NCBI GenBank assembly: GCA_963782055.1
Contig: CAWAIF010000003.1
Span: 2,976,001 to 3,040,000 of the forward strand
Direction: 5' to 3'
Length of the DNA: 64,000 bases
Source of the DNA: an uncultured delta proteobacterium
Lineage (GTDB): Bacteria; Myxococcota_A; Polyangia; Polyangiales; Polyangiaceae
Numbering within the stretch: the first letter of the stretch is position 1; every line of letters begins with the position of its first letter. Under the pieces are notes generated by a model. The model saw only the letters and a list, made by a program, of their open reading frames with translations. It had not been told where the DNA came from and made no database searches. The position numbers were made by a program, and so were the translations under genes. Below are positions 9,578-19,776 of this stretch, piece by piece.

Positions 9578-10075
9578 CTAGGCACAGAGGCCGTAGCAGT
9601 CGCGTCCCTCCCATTCAGTGGACTGGGCCCCGTAGACGCACGAGGCCGGCGTTCCGCAATGAGGTGGTGACGACGGCGGCGGAGCGAAGCACGGAAAATC
9701 CTGATCCCGGCACTCGTTCGTGTCGAGGGTGGTGCCGGGCGGGCACGATACCGCGCCCGCGTCGCTACCGGCGTCGGTGCCAGGTGCGGCATCGGCACCG
9801 GCGTCGGTGCCAGGTGCGGCATCGGCACCGATACCCGCGTCGCCGCCGTCCGGGGCAGCGCCAGCCTCCGGCAACTCGGCGGCAACGCACGGGGTGACAC
9901 CGCCGCCGACGCACGGATGAATGCAGGCCTGGCCGGTCTGGCAGGTCGCGCTGCCGCACGCATAGGGTCCCTGCAGGTCGGGGGTCGTCCCCGCCGGAGT
10001 GGAGCTGCTGCAGGCGAGGAACACGCCGGCCAGCGGCAGGAGGGCGAGGAGGGCGACCCGGGACGAACGTTTCAT
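9578..10075 (-). CDS. Small Cys-rich lipoprotein (paralog B)
   Basis: MKRSSRVALLALL..FLAC; GPYACGSATCQTGQACIHPCVGG...GRDCYGLCA. Confidence 0.8.
   Translation of the reverse strand: MKRSSRVALLALLPLAGVFLACSSSTPAGTTPDLQGPYACGSATCQTGQACIHPCVGGGVTPCVAAELPEAGAAPDGGDAGIGADAAPGTDAGADAAPGTDAGSDAGAVSCPPGTTLDTNECRDQDFPCFAPPPSSPPHCGTPASCVYGAQSTEWEGRDCYGLCA
9771..9830. repeat. Perfect 30-bp tandem duplication encoding (GADAAPGTDA)2
   Basis: gcgtcggtgccaggtgcggcatcggcaccg x2. Confidence 0.9.
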
Positions 10076-10087
10076 GGGATGCATGCG

Positions 10088-10103
10088 AGCACGAAGAGTG
10101 CCA
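10088..10103 (-). promoter_or_regulatory. Sigma-54 promoter
   Basis: Minus strand TGGCACTCTTCGTGCT. Confidence 0.65.
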
Positions 10104-10218
10104 GACGGGTCGCGAGCCGGAAGCAGCGAGATCCTTCCGGGACACGCGAGCTGGCGCGTCGGTGAGCGTGTGCCGCCCTGAGCCGGATCCCGGCGGCTCG
10201 TGCTAGGACTGTCCCCCC

Positions 10219-13200
10219 ATGGCCGCGCGCAAGCCCGTCTTCCAGAAGGTGCCCACCGAGATGAACTTCCCCGCCGAGGAGAAGGCCATTCTCGAGCTCT
10301 GGAAGGCGAAGGACGTCTTCCAGAAGTCGCTGGCGAAGCCGGCGGAGGCGGGCAAGGGGGACTTCGTCTTCTACGAGGGCCCGCCCACCGCCAACGGTCT
10401 GCCGCACAACGGCCACGTCCTCACGCGCGTCATCAAGGATCTCTTCCCGCGCTACCGGACGATGCGCGGCTATCACGTCGGCCGCAAGGCGGGCTGGGAC
10501 ACCCACGGCCTGCCGGTCGAGGTGGAGGTGGAGAAGGAGCTCCGCATCCACGGCAAGGCGGCGATCGAGGCCTACGGCGTCGAGCCGTTCATTGCAAAGT
10601 GCATCGACTCGGTCTTCCGCTACACGCGGGAGTGGGAGGAGCTGACCGAGCGCATCGGCTTCTGGGTGGACCTCGGCGACGCGTACGTCACCTACCACAA
10701 GAGCTACGTGGAGAGCGTGTGGTGGGCGCTCAGCAAGCTCTTCGAGAAGGGCCTGCTCTACAAGGGCCACAAGGTGGTCTGGTGGTGGGCGCAGGGCGGG
10801 ACGGCGCTGTCGGCGGCGGAGGTGGGGCAGGGGTACCGCACCGTCGACGATCCGAGCGTGTACGTGCGGTTTCCGGTCCACGGACACAAGGAGAAGACGT
10901 CGCTGGTGGTGTGGACGACGACGCCCTGGACGCTGCCGTCCAACATGTACGCCGCGGTGAAGGCCGACGTCGACTACGTCGAGGTGGAGTACGAGGGCGA
11001 GCGCCTCATCATGGCGGCGGCGCTCCGCGAGACGCTGGCGAAGAAGCTGAAGGCGGAGCTGCCGGTCACCGAGACGTACAAGGGCACGCAGCTCGAGGGT
11101 CTGGGGTACGAGCCGCCTTTCGACCTCTACACGAAGCAGTACGCCCACGATGGCGACCACCTCGCCTGGAACGTGTACGCCGCAGACTTCGTCACCCTCG
11201 ACACCGGCACCGGCATCGTCCACATCGCGCCCGCGTTCGGCGAGGACGACTACAAGCTCTTTCAGTCGGCCGCGTCCGGCGGAAAGTGGCCGAGCCGACA
11301 GCCCGTCTGCGCGGTGAAGCCCGACGGCAGCTTCGTCGACGCGATGGGCCCGAAGTACGCCGGCCGCTGGGTCAAGGACTGCGACAGGGACATCATCCAC
11401 GAGCTGAAGGAGCGCGGACTGCTCCTTCATGCCGAGCAATACCGCCACGAGTATCCCTTCTGCCCTCGCGCGGAGAACGATCCGCTCATCCAGCTCGCGC
11501 GGCCCGCCTGGTACATCCGCACCACCGAGCAGAAGGACCGCGCCATCCAGAACAACCAGGCCGTCCACTGGCTCCCCGAACACATCAAGGAAGGGCGCAT
11601 GGGCGACTTCCTCGCCAACAACGTGGACTGGGCGCTCTCCCGCGAGCGCTGGTGGGGCACGCCCCTCAACGTGTGGGTGTGCGACGAGGACAAGGCCCAC
11701 CTGCACGCGCCGGCGAGCGTCGCGGCGATCGAGGAGATGGCGCCCGGCGCCTTCGACCACTTCCGCGAGGCGAAGAAGAAGGACCCGTCCCTCAACGATC
11801 ATCTCATCGTCCACAAGCCGTGGGTGGATCGCGTCGTCTTCCCCTGCACCCACGAGGGATGCAGCGGCACGATGAAGCGCGTGCCGGAGGTCATCGACTG
11901 CTGGTTCGACTCCGGGTCGATGCCCTTCGCGCAGTGGGGCTTTCCCCACGTGCCGGGCAGCGAGGACAAGCTGCGCGCGAACTTCCCCGCGCAGTTCATC
12001 AGCGAGGCGATCGATCAGACCCGCGGCTGGTTCTACTCCCTGCTCATGATCTCCACCCTCCTCTTCGACGAGAAGACGTGTGCAGACTACAAGCTCCCCC
12101 CGGCGCTGCCGCACCCGTACCAGACGTGCATCGTCCTCGGGCACGTCTGCGACAAGGAGGGGAAGAAGGAGTCCAAGAGCCGGGGTAACTACACCCCGCC
12201 GGACATCGTCTACGACGAGGTGAAGCTGGAGTTCGCGGTCGTCTCGGCGAAGGACGCGGCCGAGCGCTTCAAGGCGAAGCTCAAGCCCGGCGCCGACGTG
12301 CTCATCGCGCCGGAGGACATGGAGGGGATGGACCTCGTCGACCCCGCGCAAGGCAAGGAGCTGCGCGCGGCGGGTGGCAAGAAGGCGACGGTCACGGTGC
12401 AGACGGCCAAGGGGCTGCCGCGCCGGGTGCTCGTCCTCTCCGACGCCGTCCTCGCCTCCCTCGGCGTGCGTCCGACGGCCAAGCCGGACGTGAAGCCGGC
12501 GGAGGTCGCGCGCCTGCCTTCCGAGGAACGCGTCGTGCTCTTCGACCCGGCGACGCCCGCGCCCGGCGCCGACGCCTTCCGCTGGTTCTTCTACGCGTCG
12601 TCGCCGCCGTGGTCCAACACGCGCCACTCGCTCAGCAACGTGCGGCACCTGCAGAAGGAGTTCCTGGTCAAGCTGCGCAACACGTACAGCTTCTTCGTCA
12701 TCTATGCGAACATCGACGGCTACGACCCGGCGCACCCGCCGAGCGTCGCGCCCGAGCCGGGCGAGCTGGACCGCTGGATCCTCTCCGAGCTGGCGCAGAC
12801 GACGCAGCGGGTGACCGCCGACATGGACGCCTACGACGTCTACCCGGCGACGCAGAAGCTCGTCGCCTTCGTCGACGGGCTGTCCAACTGGTACGTGCGC
12901 CGCAGCCGCGAGCGCTTCTGGCGCGCCGGCTGGGACGGCGACAAGCGCGCGGCGTTCGACACGCTGTACCGGTGCCTCGAGACGCTGAGCAAGCTCGTCG
13001 CCCCCTTCGTGCCCTTCACGGCAGAGGGCATGCACCAGAACCTGGTCGTCGGTCCCTTCGGGGCGTCGGCGCCGGAGAGCGTGCACCTCGCGAGCTTCCC
13101 CGCCGCCGACGCGTCGACGATCGACGAGCGCCTCTCCGAGCGCATGCGCGCGGTGCGCGAGCTGGTCAGCCTGGGCCTGCAGGTGCGCACGCAGGAGAAG

Positions 13201-13872
13201 ATGAAGGTGCGCCAGCCGCTGCGCACCGCGCACGTGGTGCTCGCGCACGGCGCCGCGCGCGAGGAGCTGGAGGCCGCCACCGGCATGATGAAGGAGGAGC
13301 TCAACGTGCTGGGCATCCACTTCGTCGCGCACGACGAGGCCGGCGCCTACGTGGAGGTGGCGCTCAAGCCCAACTTCCGCACCCTGGGCCAGCGCGGCCT
13401 GGGCAAGGAGGCGCAGAAGCTCAAGGCGGCGATGGGCAAGTGGCCCGCGGCGAAGGCGAGCGAGGTCTACGCGGCGCTTCAGGAGTCGGGCAGCGTGGAG
13501 GTGGAGGGCATCGCCCTCGGTCTCGCCGACGCGGACGTCGCCTTCTCCACCAGGCCCGGCTTCGCCGCGGCGGGCGGGCGCATCGGCGTGGTGGTGCTGG
13601 AGACCACGCTCGACGACGAGCTGCGCGAGCTGGGCTTCTTGCGCGAGCTGCAGAGCAAGGTCCAGGCGATGCGCAAGGACCTGGGCCTGGACTTCGCCGA
13701 CCGCATCGCCCTCGGTCTGAGCGGCGGCGAGCGCCTCGCCGGGATGCTTGCAAAATACAAGGAAGACCTGGCGCGCGAGGTGCTGGCCTCGTCCGTCGGC
13801 GCGGCGGGGGAGGGGGCGCGCGAGGTGGAGGTGGAAGGGGAGCCCGTGCGCGTGAGCGTGCGCAAGGCGTAG
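10219..13872 (+). CDS. ileS: Isoleucine--tRNA ligase, type 2
   Basis: FYEGPPTANGLPHNGH, GWDTHGLPVE, WTTTPWTLPSN, GTGIVHIAPAFGEDD, DWALSRERWWGTP, DCWFDSG, EAIDQTRGWFY, KESKS, SNWYVRRSR, KVRQPL. Type-2 C-terminus without Zn finger. Confidence 0.96.
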   Translation: MAARKPVFQKVPTEMNFPAEEKAILELWKAKDVFQKSLAKPAEAGKGDFVFYEGPPTANGLPHNGHVLTRVIKDLFPRYRTMRGYHVGRKAGWDTHGLPVEVEVEKELRIHGKAAIEAYGVEPFIAKCIDSVFRYTREWEELTERIGFWVDLGDAYVTYHKSYVESVWWALSKLFEKGLLYKGHKVVWWWAQGGTALSAAEVGQGYRTVDDPSVYVRFPVHGHKEKTSLVVWTTTPWTLPSNMYAAVKADVDYVEVEYEGERLIMAAALRETLAKKLKAELPVTETYKGTQLEGLGYEPPFDLYTKQYAHDGDHLAWNVYAADFVTLDTGTGIVHIAPAFGEDDYKLFQSAASGGKWPSRQPVCAVKPDGSFVDAMGPKYAGRWVKDCDRDIIHELKERGLLLHAEQYRHEYPFCPRAENDPLIQLARPAWYIRTTEQKDRAIQNNQAVHWLPEHIKEGRMGDFLANNVDWALSRERWWGTPLNVWVCDEDKAHLHAPASVAAIEEMAPGAFDHFREAKKKDPSLNDHLIVHKPWVDRVVFPCTHEGCSGTMKRVPEVIDCWFDSGSMPFAQWGFPHVPGSEDKLRANFPAQFISEAIDQTRGWFYSLLMISTLLFDEKTCADYKLPPALPHPYQTCIVLGHVCDKEGKKESKSRGNYTPPDIVYDEVKLEFAVVSAKDAAERFKAKLKPGADVLIAPEDMEGMDLVDPAQGKELRAAGGKKATVTVQTAKGLPRRVLVLSDAVLASLGVRPTAKPDVKPAEVARLPSEERVVLFDPATPAPGADAFRWFFYASSPPWSNTRHSLSNVRHLQKEFLVKLRNTYSFFVIYANIDGYDPAHPPSVAPEPGELDRWILSELAQTTQRVTADMDAYDVYPATQKLVAFVDGLSNWYVRRSRERFWRAGWDGDKRAAFDTLYRCLETLSKLVAPFVPFTAEGMHQNLVVGPFGASAPESVHLASFPAADASTIDERLSERMRAVRELVSLGLQVRTQEKMKVRQPLRTAHVVLAHGAAREELEAATGMMKEELNVLGIHFVAHDEAGAYVEVALKPNFRTLGQRGLGKEAQKLKAAMGKWPAAKASEVYAALQESGSVEVEGIALGLADADVAFSTRPGFAAAGGRIGVVVLETTLDDELRELGFLRELQSKVQAMRKDLGLDFADRIALGLSGGERLAGMLAKYKEDLAREVLASSVGAAGEGAREVEVEGEPVRVSVRKA

Positions 13873-13908
13873 GCCCCACGGGGGCGGGCGGCGTGCGATA
13901 CTCCCCTC

Positions 13909-16438
13909 ATGCGCGCGCGTGATCTCTGGCGCCCCCTGCTCCTCGCCCTCTCCATCCCGCTCTTTCTGGGCGACGACTGCGGAGGCGGGTCCACCGAGAA
14001 GCCCCCGCCAGCCCCGGCGTCGTGGACCAACGCCTCGGGCACGGCGACGGTCGACGTCCAGACCAACCCCTTCGCGCTCGTCATCCGCGACAAGGACGGC
14101 AACGTGTTGCTGGAGTCCGCGCCCTCGAAGAGCGCCGCCGACCCGGCGGACCCGTCGCGCGCGTACTCGCCGCTCGCCATCACCCACAACACCGACGAGA
14201 GCACCACGCCGCTCGTCGTCGGCTGGGACTACTACAAGGGGGAGGACGGCCCGTGGACGCAGGTGGCGCGCGTCACCGACCTCACGTCCACCGCCGACGG
14301 GCTCACCGTCAGGCTGCAGACCGGCGATCCCGCGCAGCCGTCGATGACGGTGAGCGTCACCTCGCAGGGGCCGGGCGTGCACGTCGTCGCCTCGGTCGAT
14401 CCCCTCCGGCGCGTCGCCCGACGCCGCCGCCAACCGCGTGTCGATGGCGTTCAAGCTCCACGACGACGACCACTTCATGGGCTTCGGCGAGCGCTTCGTC
14501 TACTCCGACCACCGCGGGCAGTTCCTCTACTCGTGGGTCGAGGACGGCGGCTTCGGCAAGGGAGAGGACACGCCCCCCGGCCCGGGCGTCCCCGCGCCGA
14601 GCGGCCCCGCGCAGACCAACATCCCCATCCCGTGGTTCATGGACCCGCGCGGCTTCGGCCTGCTGTTCAACACCACCTACCGGACGCGCTACCACCTGGG
14701 CGACGACGCGCCGGACGCCTACCGGCTGGAGGCGACCGAGCCGAAGCTGGACTTCACCGTCTTCGCCGACAAGGACCCGCTCAACCTGGTGGACGACCTC
14801 ACCGCGATCACCGGGCGCCCACCGGAGATCGCCGACTGGGTGCTCGCCCCGCGCCGCCGCGGCAACATCGGCTCAGGCGAGATGGCCAAGCTGCGCGCCG
14901 CGCACATCCCGACGAGCGTCATCGACACCGCGCTGCACTACTTCCCCAACGGCATCGGCAGCCTCGCATCCACCGTCAAGCAGGTCACCGCCGACATCCA
15001 CTCGCACGGGTTCAAGGCGATCACCTACTTCTGCCCCTTCGTCGCCGACACCTTCCACCCCGACTTCGACGAGGCCGTGGCGAAGGGCTACCTGGTCAAG
15101 CACCAGGACGGCACGCCGTACATCGTCTTCGACATCCCCTACAACGCGGGCATGGTGGACTTCACCAACCCCGACGCCGTCACCTGGTACCAGGCGCACC
15201 TGCAGAAGGCGCTGGACGACGGGTGGGACGGCTGGATGTACGACTTCGCCGAGTACGTCCCGCAGGACGCCGTCATGTTCAACGGCATGACCGGCTTCGA
15301 GGCGCACAACCTCTACCCGACGCTCTACCAGAAGGCCGCCTTCGACCTGCTGGAGAAGCAGAAGAAGAAGGACTACCTCATCTTCGTGCGCTCCGGGTAC
15401 ATGGGCACCGGCGGGCGCGTGCCCATGGTGTGGGCCGGCGATCAGAACACCGACTTCTCCCTCTCCGACGGCCTGCCCGCCGCGCTCAACGGCGCGCTCA
15501 ACGCCGGCATGAGCGGCATCCCCCTCTGGGGCTCCGACATCTCCGGCTACCACTACCTGTACAACCCGCCGCCGGACGAGGACGAGTACCTGCGCTGGAC
15601 CGAGCTCGGCGCCTTCTCCGCCGACATGCACGACGAGAACGAGGGCGCCGGCAACGGCCCGGTCTCCGACCGCTGGCAGATCTGGAAGGACCAGTTCTCC
15701 GAGGACACCTACCGCACCTACGCCTCGCTCCACACGCGCCTGCTCCCCTACCTGCGCATCGCGGTGCGCGAGGCGCGCGACCGCGGCACGCCCATCATGC
15801 GGCACCTGTACCTTTACTACCCGAAGGACCCCAAGGTGTATGACCTGGGCGACGAGTACATGCTGGGCGACTCGCTGCTCGTCGCGCCTGTCGTCCAGCG
15901 CGCGCGCACCGCGCGCGACGTGTACCTGCCTGACGCCGAGTACTACGACTACTTCACCGGCGCGCGCGTGACGGGCGGCGGCACCGTCAACGTCGCCGCG
16001 GCGCTCGACCAGGTGCCCGTCTTCGCCAGGGTGGGGGCGATCGTGCCGCTCCTGGCGCACGACGTGGAGACGCTCATCCCGGCGACCGACGGCAGCGGCG
16101 TCGTCTCGATGGCGGACCGTGCGGACGTGGTGGAGGCCGACGTGTTCGCAGGCGGGTCCACCTCGGTGACGCTGGACGACGGCACCACCCTCTCGCAGGA
16201 CGCGCCGACGGGCGCGTTCGACACGCCGGACCCTGCGGCGCAGGGCGCGACGCTCGTCGCCGCCGCGCAGCCGGCCGACCTTCAGACGTGCGACGCCTGC
16301 TTCGTCAACGACTCGGCGACGCGCACCCTGTCGGTCACGCTGCGCACGCAGGGCGACACCGTGACCGCTGGCCCGCTCACCGTGACCATCAAGGCTTCGC
16401 CCGTCGTCAAGCGCTTTCTGCTTCGCGTGCATCATTGA
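13909..16438 (+). CDS. Secreted GH31 glycoside hydrolase (alpha-glucosidase/xylosidase-like), interrupted by a +1 frameshift at 14401-14404
   Basis: N-terminal part in the frame of ORF 13909, catalytic part in ORF 14438..16438 (GFGERF, VDFTNPDA, GWMYDFAE, WAGDQ, WGSDISGY, YLRWTELG, GDSLLVAPV). Removing one C of CCCC gives continuous ...VASVDPSGASPDAAANRVSMAF. Confidence 0.85.
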
Positions 16439-16559
16439 GCGCGCGGGCGTCGCGCGACACCACGCGCACCCTTTCCGCGCTCCAGGGCCCTCCCTCCTGG
16501 TATGCTCGCTCTTGGTTCGCGCTCGCGCGCGAGCCGGGTAAGCACCTCCTCTTGCGTCG

Positions 16560-17945
16560 GTGACGACGCACACGGTTCGGGGAAGGCACGTGGGGAAGAC
16601 AGCACGCGCGGTCGAACAACGAAGTACGCGCTCCGCCACGCGGGGCGAGCCGCGCCGCACCGAGGGTGCCCGTCCTGCGCCGCTACACTCGGCGAAGGCC
16701 AAGCGGCCGATCGGTCTGACGAAGACCGACCTGGTGAGCAAGGTCGCGCGCGACCGCTTCGCCGAGGAGGTGGACGGCGCCCTCAAGCGCCGCCCGGCGA
16801 ACGAGGCACGCCTCGCCGGCGCGCTGCGCGCGGTCGCCCCGCTCAGCCCGCAGCTCCGGGCCGAGATGGCGGACGCGCTGCGCGTGCTGCTCCGACGCCG
16901 CACCCTGAATCGTGACATCTACGGCGCGGCCATCCGGTCGCTGGCCGAGTGCGAGGACAAGAACGCCGAGGCGCTGCTCAAGCTGGCCCTCGCCGACGGC
17001 GACGCCGGCGGCACGCCCACCCTCTGCGCCGCGGCCCACACCCGCGACGCGGGGCTCGCCCCGCTGCTCGCCAAGGTCGCCGCCAGTCGCCAGTCCCACC
17101 TCGCCTTCGGCGCCGAGACGGCGCGCGTGGTGCGTGGCGAGTCCAACGGCGCGCACCTTGCGGCGCTCGCCCCGATGATCAAGGAGAGCCACCGCATCTC
17201 GCTGTGCGTCGAGCTCTTCGTGCCGCTCGCGCGCCGCGCGCCGTCGCCGCCCGCCATCGCGCGGGCGCTCTATGTCCTGGGCGAGGCGGAGCGCCACCTC
17301 GGCCGCTGGCTCGTCCTGGGGCAGGTCGCGACGAAGGCGGGCGACCGCCGCGCGCTGGAGGAGGCGCGCACCAAGGCGCAGCAGGGGCCGCAGAGCTCCC
17401 GCGCCGCCTGGGCGCTGCTGAGCTGGGCGCTGGCCGACGTCGACGCCCGCACCCGCGGCGAGGCCGCACCGGAGGCGCCCACCACGCGTCCCACGGTCGA
17501 GCTCGTCGCGCGGCTGTCGGATCGGCCCAGCGCGGATCGCGACATGACGTTCCTCTTTCGCATGGCGCACGCCGGCGCCCGCGCCGCGCGGCCCATGCTC
17601 GAGACGCTCGCGAAGGGTCCGCCCCCCGGGGACGAGGCCGGCGTGCGTGCGTGCCTGTACCTGGCGCGCGATCATGGCCGCGAAGATCTGCGCGCGGCGC
17701 TCCGCGCGGTGGCCCGCGGGGAGAAGCGCGAGGAGCTTCGTGGCGTGGCGGCCGCGGCGCTCTGGGACCTGGGCATGCACGAGGACGCGCGCGCCGCCGC
17801 CGATGAGCTGGTGACCTCGCGGCTGCTGGGCAACGTGGCGTGGTCCTCCCTCGTCCGCGCCGCGGCGATGCGCGGAGAAGGGGAGATCGATCCCCTCTGC
17901 ACCGAGACGCACGTCCGGTGGATCCAGCAGGGCTGGCTGGAGTGA
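16560..17945 (+). CDS. Hypothetical Ala/Leu/Arg-rich helical (HEAT-like) protein
   Basis: Typical codon bias; amphipathic helical repeats (ELRGVAAAALWDLG); stop overlaps next start (GTGA). Confidence 0.7.
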   Translation: MTTHTVRGRHVGKTARAVEQRSTRSATRGEPRRTEGARPAPLHSAKAKRPIGLTKTDLVSKVARDRFAEEVDGALKRRPANEARLAGALRAVAPLSPQLRAEMADALRVLLRRRTLNRDIYGAAIRSLAECEDKNAEALLKLALADGDAGGTPTLCAAAHTRDAGLAPLLAKVAASRQSHLAFGAETARVVRGESNGAHLAALAPMIKESHRISLCVELFVPLARRAPSPPAIARALYVLGEAERHLGRWLVLGQVATKAGDRRALEEARTKAQQGPQSSRAAWALLSWALADVDARTRGEAAPEAPTTRPTVELVARLSDRPSADRDMTFLFRMAHAGARAARPMLETLAKGPPPGDEAGVRACLYLARDHGREDLRAALRAVARGEKREELRGVAAAALWDLGMHEDARAAADELVTSRLLGNVAWSSLVRAAAMRGEGEIDPLCTETHVRWIQQGWLE

Positions 17946-19732
17946 CACCCGACGTGTCGACCGCGCCCCACGTGGTGGTCGCGGCGGACCTGGACGACGA
18001 CGACGTGGACGGCGTGCCCGACGGGCGCGACGGCGTGGTCGCGCCGGCCGCGCGCGGGGACCTTGTCGTGCTGGACGGCGCGCTGAAGGGCGCGCGCTTT
18101 CGCGTGGCCGGCGGCACCGGCAAGGTGCGCATCGTGCAGGGCGGAGGCGTGGTGCCGTGGGGCAAGCCCATCGCGCGGGGGGCCGCGCTGCAGGGGGTCG
18201 CCCCGGGCATGGTGACGCTCGTCGCCCGGCTGAAGAACTGGCGCGAGCGCACGATTGTCGTCGACGTGCGCGGGGTCACCTTCCGCGACACCAGCGGCCA
18301 CCCGGTCGACGCCACCCGCAGCCACGCGTCGATGGAGCGCAACCCGCCCTCGTTGCCGGCCACGCCGCTCGGCGCGCCCCCACCTGGCGGGCCCGCGGAC
18401 CCGTCGGATCACGACGCCCTGCGCGCGGTGCTGGTCGTGCCCGACGCCTCGACCGCGCCCATCGACGCGAGCGTGGTGTCGTACTCGGCGGGTGGCATCG
18501 AGCTGGACGCGCTCGACCACGTGCCGCTCTTGCCCGCCCCGTGCGACCCGGGCTTCACCGCCGTGCACTGCCTGGAGACGGTCCCGCTGCGCTTCGTCGT
18601 GGACGACGTGGACCGCGCCCACCCGCTGGTGGTGGACCGCTCGCTGCGCGCGGAGGTGGGCGGGGCGATCGTGGTGCGCACCGCCGGCCGCAAGCAGGCC
18701 ATCCGCGTGATGGGCCCGCGGGAGACGCCCGCCGGTCCGATCGGGCGGCTGCGCGCTCACGTGCGGGCGTTCGTGGTGCGCCTCACCCGCGGCGGTCCGC
18801 CGGCCATCGGCGGCAACGACGCCGGCGCGGTCGCGATGCTCCGCGCCGAGCTGGCCCTCGCTTCGGCCACGTGGGGGCAGTGCGGCCTGAGCTTCGGCAA
18901 CGCCGCCAGGCAGCAGGTCCACGTGGTGGACCCTCCGCCGCCCTTCCTGCTCGCCATCGGCGACGATCTCGGCCTGCCTGCCTCCGGCGGCGAGATCCGC
19001 CTGCGCGTGGACGGTCGCAACGTCTCGGTGCCCGTCACCGCGGGCAGCAGCGTGGAGAGCGTGGCGCACCAGGTCGCCGCCGCCCTCGGACGGGCGAGCT
19101 TCGTCGTGACCGAGTCGCCCAACCCCCGGATCGGCCCCGGCGCGGCCGCGAGCATCGACCTCTTGGTGCGCCGGCCGAACGGCCACCCCGCCGTCCTCGA
19201 CGCCCGCGCCGGCGGCCCGCTCTCCACCGACGCCACGCTGAGCGTGCGCATCGGGCGCGTGGACCCGGCCGATGGCGTGGACCACTTCGGCGACACCGAC
19301 GCCGTCGCCGGCACGCTGGAGGAGCGCACGCTGCTCAAGTCCCTCGACGACGGCGACCCCTCCACCATCGAGGTCGTGGTGGTCCCCTTCTTCGGCGGCT
19401 CCGGTCGCATCGGCGAGTCCTTCATCGCCGACGAGTCACCCTCCATGCAGAACGCGGTGCTCCTGGACCGCGCCGGTGTGCGCGCGCGCCGGTCCAGCTT
19501 CACCCTGGCCCACGAGCTCGGGCACATCTTCCTGCACGAGGCCGGTCACCCCGACGACTACGGCGTCGACACGCCCACCCTGCTGATGGACTCCGACGCC
19601 TCCGATGCTTCCCCCTTCGGCCCGCGCCGCATCACCCTGGATCAGTGCGCGGAGATGCTGCGCGAGTCGGGCCCCACCTCCCGCGTCCCCCTGGTGGCGC
19701 CGTGGCCCCTCACCCCCCTCAACCTCCACTAG
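17942..19732 (+). CDS. Hypothetical protein with C-terminal zincin metallopeptidase motif
   Basis: DLDDDDVDGVPDG acidic motif at N-terminus; TLAHELGHIFLHEAGHPDD...LLMD (Met-turn-like). Confidence 0.7.
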   Translation: MTPDVSTAPHVVVAADLDDDDVDGVPDGRDGVVAPAARGDLVVLDGALKGARFRVAGGTGKVRIVQGGGVVPWGKPIARGAALQGVAPGMVTLVARLKNWRERTIVVDVRGVTFRDTSGHPVDATRSHASMERNPPSLPATPLGAPPPGGPADPSDHDALRAVLVVPDASTAPIDASVVSYSAGGIELDALDHVPLLPAPCDPGFTAVHCLETVPLRFVVDDVDRAHPLVVDRSLRAEVGGAIVVRTAGRKQAIRVMGPRETPAGPIGRLRAHVRAFVVRLTRGGPPAIGGNDAGAVAMLRAELALASATWGQCGLSFGNAARQQVHVVDPPPPFLLAIGDDLGLPASGGEIRLRVDGRNVSVPVTAGSSVESVAHQVAAALGRASFVVTESPNPRIGPGAAASIDLLVRRPNGHPAVLDARAGGPLSTDATLSVRIGRVDPADGVDHFGDTDAVAGTLEERTLLKSLDDGDPSTIEVVVVPFFGGSGRIGESFIADESPSMQNAVLLDRAGVRARRSSFTLAHELGHIFLHEAGHPDDYGVDTPTLLMDSDASDASPFGPRRITLDQCAEMLRESGPTSRVPLVAPWPLTPLNLH

Positions 19733-19776
19733 TTCTTGGGAAGGGCGGCACGCGCCGCCTCGCGCGTCGGGCGTCT

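Noticed and set aside
14395..14410. Programmed ribosomal frameshift in GH31
   Set aside because: No canonical slippery heptamer or family precedent known to me; a homopolymer indel is simpler.
10072..14478. 1468-aa minus-strand ORF and many other long ORFs (for example 6320..8620, 30646..33489, 52578..54989, 59048..61780)
   Set aside because: Antisense or alternate-frame shadows of clear genes. Stop codons are scarce in GC-rich DNA, and the translations are Arg/Gly/Ala-rich without motifs.
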